A stretch of 63,444 bases of DNA, filler included, from Bigelowiella natans CCMP2755 (GCA_000320545.1; 11 parts of 11 records of this genome joined end to end with filler, not necessarily neighbours in it), one strand, 5' to 3'. Positions 16,001 to 30,841 are shown, counted from the first letter of the whole stretch. Program-made: numbers and translations. Notes: generated by a model not told the origin, from the letters alone.

Positions 16001-16109
<109 letters not shown>

Positions 16110-16187
16110 CTCAGACCAAAATTCTATGTTTTACGTTCTTGGATGTGGAACGAAAGCCCATCAGTAAGATATTTCATGCTATAGTCG

Positions 16188-17188
16188 CTACTTAACGCCA
16201 AAGTAGTCGATCGTAGCCAGTCTCTGAATGCCTTCCAAGCCAACTTTATGCGACGACTTTTTCTCCGTCATCTCGCCTTCCCCTTTTTTCATTTCCTGAG
16301 AGGATGCTGCTGCTGGCGTGTTCTTTACTTCCACTGACCCATTGATCATCGGCCAGTTCATCCAGGGCTGCAGCATCGGTTCTGGAAAATGCTTCTTCTT
16401 CTTGTTGAAGTACGGCCCCTTGACGCGGAAGTAGATCGCATATCGAATGTTGGGGGAGGCGTTTGGTGCGATGAAGTGCGCGGTCATATAGTTCGCGATG
16501 AAGACGTCCCCGGGAACGCCAATCCCGTGGAAAGGCTTTCCCTTGATCCACTTGTCAGACTCCGCACCCTTCGGCAGATGGCCTTTAGAGTAGACCTCCT
16601 TAAAGCCCTTCTTCTTGAAGTAGTCAGCCAGCTCGTAGTGGCTTCCTGGAAAGCAGCACAGCTCCCCTGACTGAGGGGCCTCCACCTTAGAGAGCAGGAC
16701 GCCCACCAGTGCATCGAAGTTGTGGACCTGCAACTATTGCACTCAGAGAGTGGTGGCGGCGATGCGTGTGCAGATGATGGTGGTGAGGTGATGCACAGGG
16801 GTGGGTGTTACAGACCTCTCCCCAGTGGTCTGTGATGCCCTTGGCGAACATGCTGGGGCATCCGTCTATGTGCCAATGCTGAAAGTAGCAGCTTGTGATC
16901 GTTCTGTTATCTTACTCGCGTACTTGCCAAAAGCACACTCTCTGAACTTCTATCGTGGGGAACTCAGCTGCGAGTCTAAACCATGCTGTGCGTGTGCGTG
17001 TGCGTGTGCGTGATTGTTTTTAATGTATGTATGTATGTTTATGCAAGTGGTCCTCTCCCACCTTGCTGGTAGATTCTAAGTGGCTTTGCGAGCTCTCCAC
17101 CTTTCCACCAGGACAGGCATCTCCTGGAAACCTTTGACACCACCCACCATATGTAAGATAGTCACGCCAACAATCAAGAATACCACAT

Positions 17189-17234
<46 letters not shown>

Positions 17235-18062
17235 ACACTCACACACATTCCCCTCGGTTGAGCACGGGATCGAGCGGCAAGAGCCGACAGCTCTCTCTGC
17301 AGTTGTTTGTTTGTTGTGGGCGTTGCAGGTACCTCATCGCGATCTGCCCGGCGCCTTGATAGGGCATATTTGGCATGCCCAACAGCCTTTGCACGACGTG
17401 CGGAATGTCCGATTTATTGAAGAGATCGGTAATGGCAGGGTGGTCAGGAAACGACTTCGCTTTGAACTTGTCTACTCCTCCCTTCACGGAGCCGAGCCGC
17501 CGATTGAGCTCTTTGAGAGCATTATCTACAAGCTCTTTGGGCACGAGACCGGAAAACTGAATGGGGAGATACGGTTTGTTCGCTTAACGCTGCTCTGTCC
17601 TCATGATCATTGTCACCGACACTGCATGCATCACCGACGAGGCAGAACAAATACCGAGGACAACATTGGTCTCTAGTCGCTACTGTTTGAGAGAGTCAAT
17701 CAGGCGTAAAATGATGACCTTGTGAAATCCGTTGCGCTTCATGCTTGCCACCATATCAGCATTTAGGACGCTGCTAATGTGGGCTTCTCTCTCTCTCCTC
17801 TTCTTCTCCTCCGCCTCGGCAATCGCTTTTTGCTTCGCTTCGATTCTCTTCATCACTTCTGGGTCCTGCCTTGAAACCATATCGCAAGATATTCAGCTAC
17901 CATTTATAGAAATCATTCCACCGTAATCACAGATTTAAGTCAAAATTGCTTTTATTTGATATTTGTGGTGAAAAGGGTCGGCGGTCAACGCTGCATGCAT
18001 CAACGCACAGGAAGCCAATTTGGTAAGAGTTTATCAAGGCGACAACCTATGTGATTCTTTTC

Positions 18063-18121
<59 letters not shown>

Positions 18122-18284
18122 GTGTGTGTGTGTACCAATTGCGCCATACGATACGATTGGGGTCGCCTTTTTTAACAAGCTGGAGCCTTGAGTTGCGAGG
18201 GTTGACCCCGATGAGTACACCGGAACTCACAGAATTGCCTTTCCTACACAAACACAGGATCAAATCTTATAATTAATCACGCCA

Positions 18285-18327
<43 letters not shown>

Positions 18328-18690
18328 TCAAAAACGTGTAGGCATTACAGTTCCGAATCATTTTCACAAATGTACTATCTCGTCATTCATTGCACTACCT
18401 GGGGGATATTGTCAAATCTTTGTTGAGGGCGAATTTACATGGCCACTGCTTTCCTCCATTTACCGACCACAGCGACAGGTTATCCCCTGCCTTCATCTTA
18501 CGGTGGTTCACCTCCAGCGATAAGTTCTCATCCTGCACACAAATGATGATGATTGTGATGAAGAAGAAGACGAAGAACAGAAGATCATTTCACAAGTTTC
18601 GAATTTTCGCTACAGTTTGACTAATTACATGAGAACATCTTAGATTCATGTCGCGTTCTGATCCTTCCACGATGAAGGATATCGCATGAC
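16188..18690 (-). CDS. Phytanoyl-CoA dioxygenase (PhyH)-like Fe(II)/2OG dioxygenase (multi-exon; 5' end approximate)
   Basis: Exons give NGFH...KELVDNALKELNRRLG...GQIAMR-FPG...WHIDG (HxD)...LVGVLLS...GELCCFPGSH...GDVFIANYMTAHFIAPNASPNIRYAIYFR. Confidence 0.8.
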
Positions 18691-19521
18691 GTACAGGACC
18701 TAGCTTGAGTCCTGGACAAATAGCAGCAAAACCTCTCGAGACGGTACGGTGTGGATAAATGAGGCTCTGGCTCTGTGAGGAATAGTTACAATACTTTACC
18801 GGCTCCGCGACCATGTGCCAGATTATACTTCGATCCATCTAATACAATGGCCACATCGCCTTCGTTTACGATCCTAGCGATACAAATGAAGGCAGGAGGT
18901 TAACGACGAAAAGCTGTAGCCATCCATAGATCATGGTCATGATAAACTGCTTTTAGAGTCACCGTTCCAGCTTAGTGAATCGACAATAAGCGTCGTGCGA
19001 ACTCGCCTACGGGTTGTATTGGCACGCTCCAGGGTAATCCCGGAGGCCGTAGAGCTTCCACCACCCATCTTGTGAGTTCTTACACTTGTGTGCTGAGAAA
19101 TGTTCGTGACCGTCGTTCAGAAACGCTGCGAAACCTCACACCAACCGGCAGAGCTTTGGAATTCTTCATTGTCCTGCGACAATCATGTTTTCCTTGTCGC
19201 AGCATCATTTCCCCTCTCGATCGGAAAACATCATACGAGTACCTGGGAGCATCCTTCTATGTCGCTCGAGGGTCTCAGAGGAGAAATGTCGTGTCGTACA
19301 CATGCTTTCGAACACTAACCAGTGTTTTTCCGCTGCGACAAGGAAACTTTGGGAGAATTTCCTAGCCGATGAAAAGAAGTCCGAAGAGAATAGAACGGCG
19401 AAGGAAGAGCGCAGCGACTGTGCAGTAACGGTCAAAGCAACTCTCGGAGTAGAACTTTGAATTGTTTGAATCAAATCACGCTCTGCCCCACTCTGCTGAT
19501 AAAGAGCTGTGCTCCACTGTG

Positions 19522-20547
19522 ATGATGAAGACCTACAGTTGGATAGGCTTCTCTGTTCCGCTTGTGCTTGGGCTGCTGCAAAGTCTGAGCGCTGAAGCGT
19601 CGCAGAACAAACTCTACAGAAATTCCACTGCGCATTTTCTTGGCGCTGAAGATTTGCTTCAGTCTAGGGGCATCACTGAGGATAAAATTACCCATCTTCT
19701 CTTCGAAGCTGCTTTGGCACAGTCCATTTACAGAGGAGATACTGGTAGTTCGGTCGCACATTCACTGTCAATGCCAAGTCGCTACAGGGAGATTCCCTTA
19801 AACGCGGAAGTTCACCATGGGAACAACAAAAAGGGCAAGTTTCTGATGCTTGCTAGCTTGAAAACAAAAACGCTCTATATCGTATTTAAAGGAACGGACT
19901 TCACGAATTTGCAAGATGTATTAGCAGATGCATTGGCATACAAAATGGGGAGATTTCGTGGAAAAAAAAAAATAGCAGCACTCGGCTTCGTGGACATGTA
20001 TGAGGCTCTCGACTACGCGATGTTTCGCAAGGAGGGACGGAGCATAGGAAAGCATGTCGAAGAGCTTTTGAAGAAGTATGTTGACAACATTGTAATTATT
20101 GGACACAGCTTGGGTGGTGCTTTAGCAAACTTGCTGTACTACGACCTCATCGCTGGCCCTGATTTCCAATTTGATCCAAGAACGGTCCGATTGGTAACAT
20201 ACGGCTCGCCGCGAACCTTCAGCGAAGAAGTCGCAGATGAGTTGCAAGAAATCTGCCAGCAATCTTGCATGAGGGTGGTCAACCATGGTGATTTCGTGAC
20301 GACTCTCCCCCGAGCTAAGTCCGGTTTTAAGCACTTTGGAGAAACGTACTACATTTCGAAGAAGCAAGGGTGGAATATCACGAACGAGAAGCAGAGCTTC
20401 TCGGCCCCTGTAATGGGGGACCCGAGAAATCACAAAATCGGCCAGTACATCACGAGATTGTTGAAGGCAGGAGAATCTGAATTTGGTGCCTCCTTTGGCG
20501 ATGCATTCCGCAGGGAGTACACTGACCAGTTGGAGAGTGAAATTTAG
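19522..20547 (+). CDS. Secreted class 3 lipase (alpha/beta hydrolase), intronless
   Basis: Signal-peptide-like N-terminus, IVFKGT, GHSLGGALA nucleophile elbow, TYGSPR, RVVNHGDFVTTLP, HFG and a distal His. Confidence 0.9.
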   Translation: MMKTYSWIGFSVPLVLGLLQSLSAEASQNKLYRNSTAHFLGAEDLLQSRGITEDKITHLLFEAALAQSIYRGDTGSSVAHSLSMPSRYREIPLNAEVHHGNNKKGKFLMLASLKTKTLYIVFKGTDFTNLQDVLADALAYKMGRFRGKKKIAALGFVDMYEALDYAMFRKEGRSIGKHVEELLKKYVDNIVIIGHSLGGALANLLYYDLIAGPDFQFDPRTVRLVTYGSPRTFSEEVADELQEICQQSCMRVVNHGDFVTTLPRAKSGFKHFGETYYISKKQGWNITNEKQSFSAPVMGDPRNHKIGQYITRLLKAGESEFGASFGDAFRREYTDQLESEI

Positions 20548-21399
20548 TATGCACGCACTGGTAGCATGCATTGGTATTGGCAAAGCTTTATTGCTCGTAT
20601 ACACACCTGCGATGCGGCACGCACTGCAAAATCGTTTGGTTTATTTATTTTAAATTTTGCAATTGTGCTTTCTGCACGTCGAGCGTAAATCATGGGTGTG
20701 TCGGTAGTGGGTGCGCGCATGTTGCATCTGCTACGTACGGCTGAAAACATGAACCCAACCATCATGCATGGCGTTGCGTCACTACGTGCATGAACACAGC
20801 GAGTACGTCATTATCATTACCACATTGCATAATTTGCGCTTATTCAACAAGCATTAACAACATGAACACACATGCACAGATACACAGATGGGACATAACC
20901 GCTAAGTGCTTGTGTGCGCATGCAGTAGTCTCGCATCGCCCACGCGCGCGCATTTTGTGTAGTGTGAAAATAAATGCCTCGCTGGCTCGATGCCTCTGCA
21001 AACTACTTTCTCATTCGAAATTTAGCTCTACTGTGTAAACGCAGCTCGTCAGATAAGCATACATGCACACGGGCAGTAGACTTCAACGTGTTGTGCTGAC
21101 TTCTCTTAAGTGCAGAGCCACCCTTCCGCCCACCACTTTTTATGATGTCGGGAGCTGAGCTGCTGAGCAGAATCAAAGCTTGCGCCGTCGGTTTTTCGCC
21201 CGATACATGGCTGCTGGGAGTGAAGGATCTTGATTCTTTGGTTTATAAAGCTCAGGCGTTTGCTCAAGCTATCCTGGACCTGTTTATGTTGGAAACAGTG
21301 AGCCGCCGAAAAGGCAGCAATAGTGGTTGAGAGAGAAGAAGATTTGATCGTAAGCACAGACGGACAAGATAAGACGATGTAAGCCAGATAGCCCTTATG

Positions 21400-22801
21400 C
21401 TCTCTATTCTCTCTATTTGAACGAAGACAAAATTTAACCTGATTAGAAACGCCCTCGGCCCCCTTCTTTGCTCTTTCCGGTTTCTTCCGTGTGCGTCTTC
21501 GAATCTGCCTGATTACCCCCTTGATTATTCGGCTCAGCCACCACCTATCCATGCAGTTAACAGTCGTCAAGAAATATCGCTACCAAGTGTCACGATTAGT
21601 TCAGCATTATGATTACGAGTATTAAACCGTTTGTTCGATTTAACATAATCTCCATGCTGCTACACCTCCTTTTGACACCCCCCTTCATCGATATTATTAC
21701 GCGTTGCAAGTCGTGATGGCGGAGAGGCCGGCGGCAGGGATCCAGGCTGTTTGCACCTCTCCGAACCCTCCTTTCTCCTTTATCTACACACACGTAAGAA
21801 CAATAAATGCAAAGGATGCTCATCGATCGGAGCGCAGGATATCGGTCGCTCGAGAAGATGAGGAAGGGAGAGCAGCTTTCATTGGTTCTATTTTGCCTAT
21901 GAAGCAGCCGTACCTCAGAGAGGAATCGTTTCAGAATTGCGAAGTTCCAATAGCACCTCCAGGTGAATGCTATGGGCATTGAGGCAGCCAAGCTAAATAG
22001 GTTTCGATCAATTTCATCAATGTCCATCACTGTCATACATAGCGCTGTCACGTGAATCAAATCATCATCATCATCATCACCATCCGCAATACTAACAACG
22101 GCACCACCAGTACTACCAGCAACAACATGAGCAGTAGAAGCACTGCTTAGTCGCACCAACTCGTGCCAATCCCCTCCCCTTGGATATCTCAATCTTCACC
22201 AACTAGTGCCAACCCCCTCCCCTTGGATAAATTTGCCTCTTTGTTTGGCAGCAGCCACCAGGGTTGCAACCACCCCTCTCCTCCCTGCCTCCCCTCCCAA
22301 AAAGCACATACTACATATTTAGCAGACAGCACACACAGGATTCCCTGACGACTCTTGATCTTCTTAGATTTAAGTGCTTGTCGAAAAGCCATCGGTAGCC
22401 CGGTCGTACACTCTGTAACCTAACCCAATCCAATCACCGCAAGGGGGGAACAGAAGGGAGGGGGGGGGGGGGGGGGGNNNNNNNNNNNNNNNNNNNNNNN
22501 NNNNNNNNNNNNNNNNNNNNNTTAATTAATTAANNNNNNNNNNNNNNNNNNNNNNNNNNNNNNNNNNNNNNNNNNNNGGGGGGGGGGGGGCGGAGGAGGA
22601 AGCGATTTAGCGTCCATGCGAATGGTGATTTAAATGAATATGCTACCATGCACACACACACACACACACCACACGCATAGGCCCAGCACATGACACCCGC
22701 AATCGTTACTAAACATCCCAGCTAGTCATCCCCCGCCCTCACCTTCAAAGCTGCCGCGGTGACAATGGCCGCCCTATCCGAGCAGCGACCTGAAACACAC
22801 A

Positions 22802-22851
<50 letters not shown>

Positions 22852-23232
22852 AAGAGATGAATACCAAAACTCACATCCCGGTCTATAGGCATGGTTGAAA
22901 TATATACGTTTGCGCCGTGTCTGTTTATGCCATTCAATTAATGGTGAATCGTACTGATGATGACGTTGAGTAGTGAACGCCCTGGTCGTTGCCTCTGTGC
23001 AATATCATCCACAGGTGGTGCCTTCTGCTCCTGCTTTTCTTCTTCCTTTTCTTCTTCCTCCTCCATATCCGTCTTCGCTTTCGCCTCCTTCTCTTCCCCG
23101 TCTCTTCCCATCGCATCCGCTCGGGGAGTTGCAGGAATGCTCGTAGGTGCTGGTTTCTTGGCACTGCCGAGTGATGGAAAAATTAATAATATTCATTATT
23201 TTACATCTGAATGTGAGTCTTTCCCTCTGCCT

Positions 23233-23283
<51 letters not shown>

Positions 23284-25620
23284 GCGTACTTATTTTTGGA
23301 GCTGAAGAGAGTAGGCTCCTGAATTGCCTTACCAGCCAGTTCCACAGGGAGGACCTAGCATAAGCCAACACGCCCAAGCAAGCTCAGTAATACGTACCAT
23401 ATGTTGATGATAATGATGATGGTGTAGTAGAGGATGGGGGGGGGGGGGGGGGCGAAACGTCCCAAAAGAGGCTTGTGTCACTCAATTAAGTGCAATTGCT
23501 ACTTCTTCTAATATGACTGATGACGATGACGACGATGATGATGATGATGGCTGCTGCTGCTGCTGTTGCGCCGCGTGTTACTACCCTTCGTCCCACACGG
23601 CCGTTGCGGGATAAGAGGCGGACAAACTTGCAGAAGTCCTTCTGCTCAACAAGGGAGGGAAACTCCACCAGCAGTTCCAGCACTGCGCTCACGGTGAGGC
23701 CCCGGGGCTACGGAGGGGGTGTGGCAATAGTTAGCAATGTTCACCGGCGTCGCTCTTGGACATCGCGACCATCACGAGCATATCAGTAGCGGAATGAAAG
23801 CAGCGTTGTTGCTGAGGATCGATGGTATTTCGCCTTAATCTGCCCTAACCTGCTATGCTGCTCTCTTACACAAGGTGAAGGCACGGTGGGAAAGCACATC
23901 GCCCTCTTACTATCTACCACTAAGTACGACAGCATCAATTTGCGACGCTAAAGCTTTCGATACCTCTGTTTTCTCCGGGCAATAGAAACAGAGGTGGTGG
24001 ATAAGAACCAATATCCGAGGAACCTTTACAACAGCACAACACACACCAAGCAAAACCTACTAAAAACACTTTTCAAAGGAATCAGGGGGGGGGGGCTCTC
24101 CCTCTCCTTTCTCGTCGCCGTCGGATAATCGGAAAACACAATCATGCTAGGATTCCCCCCTACCACTTACGCACCAGGTCTTGATACTTATTCCCAATCT
24201 TCTTCACAAAGGAGAGAGACATCTTGCGGACGGCCTTCACTTGTTGACGCTAGAGAAATTATGTGAGGGGGAGGTGCGCAACAGCACAGTATAAGTTCAT
24301 TAGGATCAGATTGAAAAAGGGAGGGACATTACATACATCCTGTGAAGTAGACAGAGTCTGCGTATGCGCGGGCGGTAGGTAGAGGGGGAGGGTGGAGGAG
24401 AGAGAGAGAGAGGGGGAGAGAGAATGAAAAAGCAGCGATTGAAGCATGTATGTGTTCACTGGTCCTCGGGTATCATTACGTATTGGGTTTGGCCGATGCG
24501 CTGGGATTGCTCCATCAGGATATTGCTCTTGATCCCCTTCAAAATCATCTTCCACGTCAAGCTGCGCGAGCTCTGCACCTCCGACATTGTGTTCTCCAAG
24601 GCCAAGAATAGCTGCATGTAGTGGAAGCATGGTAGGAGAATTAAGAGAGGGACGACATGAATGCTAGTGGTATCAAACTTCGCGTGTGGCGTCCATCGCG
24701 CTGACCTTGCTAGAGATAGAGTTATCGCAACTGGCACGAGTCGCCTCGATCAAGTTCTCGATAGAATACGAAAGCATGTCCTCCGACACCTGCAGCTTGA
24801 CGAACGTCTAGAGGGAAGCAGAGAAAAAGGCAGACAATACGCTGCAATCAAAACACGTTTTGGCAACCCCCTCGCTCCCCCCGTTCCCACCTCCTTCATA
24901 GCCCCTTCCTGTGGATGTCTGCTGCCTACTTCCTACCTTCGTGAGTGCATTGAGGTATTCCTTCAACATCGATCCGAGGGGCTCAGACTCCCAAACTGGT
25001 TGTTGAGAAAAGGAGAACAAATGAAATTCGTCAATGAATGAAAGCTTTCACAATTTTCAAGTGCAGTTAGGAGGGACCCGTGATTTCCTTCTTCTTTGCT
25101 GTCTTCTTTTTCTTCGCGTAGTCTCGCAGGACTCTGAAGCTCGACCGCAGAGCGATAGGGTTGGCAAAGTTGTAGTTTCCCGCAATCTGTATGTGTGGGA
25201 GGACGCGATTTTAGGACGGGAAAACCATCGTTCAGAGTATAGAGAAGCGTGGTGATAGGAGAGATCTGCGAAGCATCTTTACAATTTTAAAAAATCTCAG
25301 AATACCTGGGCCATTTCTAGAAACAGCGTCGATGCAAGTACTGATATCTCGGCATCTTGGGTGGACCCCTCCTACGCAATTGTTCATTAAATCGATTGCG
25401 TCTATAGAACGCTACATTCTCCCTCTCCAATACCTGGACCTCCGAGAGATCTTTCCTCATGAGAGAATCCAAAGCGACCACCAAGGGTCTGTATTGGATT
25501 CCTTCCTGAGAAAGCACAGCCCAAAGATTTGCGCCCCCATCCTCCCCATTTCTCGAGGACCAAGCTTGAATGCTTTTCACGGCAACAACGAGGTCTTCCA
25601 CCTCCACACCTTGGATAAGA
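21400..25620 (-). CDS. HEAT-repeat protein, possibly condensin II CAP-D3-like N-terminal region (multi-exon, spans a gap)
   Basis: Exons LWAVLSQEGIQYRPLVVALD, LFLEMAQ-IAGNYNFANP, KMSLSFVKK, RILVLIHHLCFYCPEKTE, FCKFVRLLSRNGR and SDRYPALRS follow the motif order I recall for NCAPD3. Weak similarity, judged from memory. Confidence 0.4.
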
Positions 25621-26660
25621 GGATTTGAGTCCACCTGTATATAGACAACTTCAACGTTACGCTCTAGCGTTCTTGACTTGATGCGAAGAGTGGCCAAACC
25701 AATTCGGAGGTATGGGTTTCTGACGCCGAAAAGAATCCTTCGACTAAGAGCTCCGGAAGTTCTTCCACGTTCAAGCTGCTATCGCGAAAGACACTCACCG
25801 GAGATATAACCTAAGTAAAGTAATCTCGTCAAAATCAAAGGCAACATAAACCTTTTCATTTCGTTTCAACAACACCTTCCCCTCATTATCGTCCAGAGGG
25901 CGGCGGCCTGGCTTCTGCTCCAGTTTTAGATTTTCGGTGTTCGGGCATTTTTCATCCTCCTCTTTACCAGCCCTTGATCTGGTTCGCTGTGAAATATTAA
26001 AGATTTAGAAGTTTGGGATCACAGGCATCGTTTGCTTCCTAGCCTCTCGACCGTAATCGGAATGGATTACTTCCGTTTGCCTCGCGCTTTTCTTATCTTT
26101 TGATTGCGAACGGGCAAGGCTTTCAATAAAAAAATTCTACTCTAGTTCCAAATCCCACCAACACCTCGCCACTCATCAGGAACAAAGCTAAATGTCAATG
26201 GCGTCGGCTATCAAACCCTGAGCGCCATGCTTGACTTTCAGTCAGTTGCCTTCCTCTTGCCGAAGAATGTGCCCCTTCTTCCTCAATGCGACATTTTATA
26301 TCTGTTGTCGCATGGGATATTTCGAAATGTCCTTCGACCTTTTTTTTTTTCAACGTCAAGGAGTCTTGCACTGGGCAAACACCTTCGCGCCAAAACCTAA
26401 CTGTTAGGACATTATGGGTGCCGGTGGGTGCCGATGGGTGCCGGCAGATGGATTCCGGAACTCTTGTCGCAAGAGCTTCTTGCCTCTCGCCAGTCAAAAT
26501 TTTGAGCTGAGATCATCCAAAAAACTGCGCTCGGTCTCCCTGTGGTGCAATCCTGAGAAAATTGCTGGTGGCGTACATTTATGATCATATTTTCTATCGC
26601 AATTATATCTTATTTTTGTTGTCTAGATAAATAAAGCTGCAACGAGACTTGACTGCGGCG

Positions 26661-28353
26661 ATGGCCTCGAACCTTCTCAGCGCCGCCGCTGTAACCGTGG
26701 CGTCCATTGCTGCAATAAAGTTGCTAACAAGATTTGTTCGTGCCCATGGCAGCGCTTCGAACTCGCGACGTAAGAGCTCCCCAAAAGGTACACTTAACTA
26801 GTATGAAAAGCTCGTCGCCCATTGTTTAATCGGGAGGCTCTTTTATTTCGCTTGCTTGGGGGCAGAGACGAAGAACGTGAAACGAAACATCGGAGCGTTT
26901 ATTTGCGCGACGTGCAAGGAAGAGTTCGTATCTAGAAATCGTCTGTTCGAGGTACATATCGTTGGCTCGCCAGCCTTCATCGACAACGCTCACGCATCGA
27001 ATTTCCTAATGTACAGCACCTGGAAGCGTCGGATCACTTCATTCAAGGGGTTTGTGTGTCGTTAGGGGGCGACGGGGGGGTGGGGGGAGCAACCATGCTA
27101 CTCACTAGACTTATTCACTCTTTCTCTCCTCGCCCTATTCTGTGCTAAAAGGACAGCGCATCTCGAACACGCATACCGGGGGACACTTCAGACCTCGCAA
27201 AGAACTCGACTAGATTTCGCTTTGACACACGGGAGAACAAGCTGCTAGAGGCGTACTATTCAAGGTAGGAGCAGTGCGTGTAGGTGTAGTACCCATAAGA
27301 AATAGGAGGCAGCTCATAACATCGGGGAGCCAGCAAACTTTTTATTTCATGCGACGTGAAACGCTCGATCTAACGGGCTTCAATTATTAAAGCCAGAAGA
27401 TCTGTCCCCGTGATCGCTGGAAACAGGTAATACCAATCAGCAGCAATCATAACGGCGGGAGCATCAGTAGCGGTGATGCAGCAGCATTGCGTGGTCCTCC
27501 TGTCCGCTCCACTCACATCGCGCGTGCATGCGTACATTTGTACTCAGGCGCTTAGGATTTTCAAATCAAGATCGCTCCCGGTAGTTAATTCATCATCGTC
27601 TCCATCAACATTGACTCCGTTGGTGTAGTTGCTGGTCAGTAGCGATACGTAAAATTCATATATCCACAGATCAGCTTCTATGTGAGCGGGAGGGCGAATA
27701 GGTACGGAGCTCTGGCGCTATCAAACCTAACAGGTAAACATACGACGACGATGACGGCTACAATAACGATAATAAAGATAAAATCCAACTCCACGAATGA
27801 TCTGGCCGGAGAGGCCGGCTATGAACGCCCAATCGATACATTTCTATTTCTTGTACCACGATGATGCAAGATCGCTGCTGAGTAGCATCGTGTGACCTCT
27901 GCATGGCCTTTGTTGTTATAGCGCGGCCAGGGACAACGCTGAGGCAGCTTGGACTCACAGAGCGGTAATTGTTTATGTTTACAACGATGGTGGTGACGAC
28001 GAGCATTACGACGATACTAATGGTGATGATGATGATGATGATGATGATGGTTATCATGCTCTCCACTTCCTCTCAGATCTAGCTTCCAGATTCTCGAGAA
28101 GTCGCAGCATACCACCGCTACATTGGGATCTTCCCAATTTGCGGTAAGTAGGACTACTGCCCCCCTCCCCATCCTCACTCCAATTATCATCATCATCACC
28201 ACCACCACCACCATCATCATCATTGTCATTATCGTCTTTTTTATCTTTGCGTCTCTTGCCCTTAGGGAGCCATGTTCAGAATCGAGACGGTCTCAATGAT
28301 CCCACCGTTGCTCTTGGAGTACTACCTATCAATTATATCTTTCAGTCCCCCTC

Positions 28354-28404
<51 letters not shown>

Positions 28405-28424
28405 TCCCTCCTTCCTCCCTCTCC

Positions 28425-28462
<38 letters not shown>

Positions 28463-28861
28463 GGGGAGGGCTTTAACGCCATTATAATCCGTTGTTTATC
28501 GTATGTTTTGTTAATAGTCCCAAGCCTGAGGATTTAGTTTGCGATATGTGTTGCGCCCCTGGAGGGAAAACTCTGATACTGCTCGATCTCATGCATAGAG
28601 GGTAGGTACATGTGGATAAGAAATAAAGAGGGGGGGGGGGGGGGGGCGGAGGGGTGGATCATGTAATTTATCATCACAGCTGCAAGGTGTTAGAACGTGC
28701 ATTCTATGGTGCCATAACTCTTCTATGCCCCCCTCTGCCTGCCCCTCTCTTCTCAGCCTTAAGCCTGGTGAAATACCTTCGGGATTTCTCGTTGCCAACG
28801 ATGAGAGGTGAGTGCGGAACGGGTGGGGGGGGGGGGATTATTATATGGCAGTAGCAGAGTA

Positions 28862-28907
<46 letters not shown>

Positions 28908-30620
28908 GACCTCAGCCAAAGATGGTGTTGGTGTTGGTGATGATGATGATGATGATGATGACGCCCGTCTTTTCTTTATCCCAGCCGAAAACGCGTAATC
29001 ACAGCTTGTCAGAGGTAGCAAAGAATAACAACAACAACAACAACAACAACAACAAAAGAAGACACCAAACTAAAAACGCGATACAGCATTCAATGATAGC
29101 AGGAGATGCAGGGGAAGTCTGCGGTGCTGGTGATGCTGCTAGTGGTGGTGGTGGTGGTGGTGATAACATTATCTTGCTTTTAATACTTATTTGGTACTGC
29201 GGCTATATATTTCCCAACTGCTACTTCAACGGCTCATGCCATTGCCGCTACAACGACACTATGCATCTTAGGCTGCGAAGAGTGAATACCTCGAGTCTTC
29301 TTGTATTAGGTTGTCATTCATATTATGGAAGATACTAGATGCCCCCCTTCTTCCGCCCTCCCTCCTAGCATGCACCTGAAACCGCTCCCCGCCGTTGATT
29401 TTCTCCTCGTCAACCTCGTCAAAATCATTCTGTTGTTTTAATTGAATTGTTCTCTCCACTCTTCTTGTACTTTTTTTTTTCCTCCTTCTTCTTCTTCTTC
29501 TTCTTCTTCTTCTTCATTTCCAGGGTCTGATGCTCGATATCTTCCCTCTCTTCGCAAGGCCTTCTCCGGCTATAAGGTGTTTGCTTTCTCTTGCGCGTTC
29601 TTCTTCTTACTCTCGTCGTCGGGGGAGGGAGGATGGCGCTGCGCGTGATTCCTTCTATGTTGCTGATCTTTCACACCGCTCGCGTTGATGGAGTTTGTGT
29701 TGGGTGTGTTTCGTCATTTATTCTTTTGTATGCCCCTCTTTAGTTCAAATTCGATAAGATATTGTGCGATGTGCCTTGCAGTGGTGATGGAACGCTCAGG
29801 AAAGGTCGCTGCTTACGTCTTTCTCTCTCTCGCTCTCGCTCTCTCTCTCTCTCTCCGCCTCCCCCTCTATCCATACCTACCTACCTATCGCTCACATATT
29901 CTTAGTGCTGCCTTCAAATAGTACCCCCCTCCCTTCCGCCCCCCGCCCCTTTTGTAAACGCACGTACCATTGGTAGAGGGAGGGTGGGTGTCAATATATA
30001 TTGGCACATTTGTGAGCTGATTATTTTCCAACCATTTCAGGCCAAATCGTCTGGAAGAAATGGAGGGTGAGCAGCAGCAGCAGCAGCTTACATACGACAG
30101 ATTCCGTCCTTGTGACTTGTGCAACAAAATATGATATTTCCCCCGATGCAGCCCTCTTCTCCCCTTCACAAATTTAGAAAATCCTCGTACCGGCTCTCAT
30201 TAGCGTAGCAGCCAATTTTCCTCTTCTTTCCTCGTTTAATCTCCCCTCCCCTCCCCCCCCCTCCCCTCCCCTTTTCCCGTCTTTTCTTGTTTCTGTGCTG
30301 CGGCGCCCACCCCATCCTCCTCCTGCTCGAAGCTCCGAGAGGGGCTCACAATCCACTCCCTCCAAAAGCGCATTCTACTCCGAGGCCTGCAGTTGCTGAG
30401 GCCTAACGGTGAGGGAGGGGGGGGGGGGGGGGGGGGCGGACGGGATAAATGGAGGAGGGTGCGATTTCTCCATTATTCGTTGTTCTCACGATGATCGTAA
30501 AAATCTGGGCCAGCTGCAACGCATCAACAACTTAACTATCCCCTGCTACTACTACTATCGCCAGGAGTCTTGTGCTACTCTACGTGCTCTCTCAATCCGT
30601 TGGAGAACGAGGCGGTAGTT
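26661..30620 (+). CDS. NSUN/RsmB/NOP2-family RNA m5C methyltransferase with N-terminal C2H2 zinc finger (3' end toward gap)
   Basis: CATCKEEFVSRNRLFE-HLEASDH (C2H2), ETVSMIPPLLL, DLVCDMCCAPGGKT (SAM-binding motif I), RILLRGLQLL and GVLCYSTCSLNPLENEAV (motif VI). Confidence 0.88.
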
Positions 30621-30703
30621 AGGAGGGAGGAGGAGGAGGAGGAGGAGGAGGAGGAGGGAGGGAGGGGGGAGGGGGGGGAGGGGAGATAAGCACAGAGTGG
30701 CAT

Positions 30704-30740
<37 letters not shown>

Positions 30741-30808
30741 TGGTAGTAGAAGCATTCAATGACCAATCATGTGCGGACACGCACACTCAAAGAGATGCAA
30801 ACAGACAT

Positions 30809-30841
<33 letters not shown>

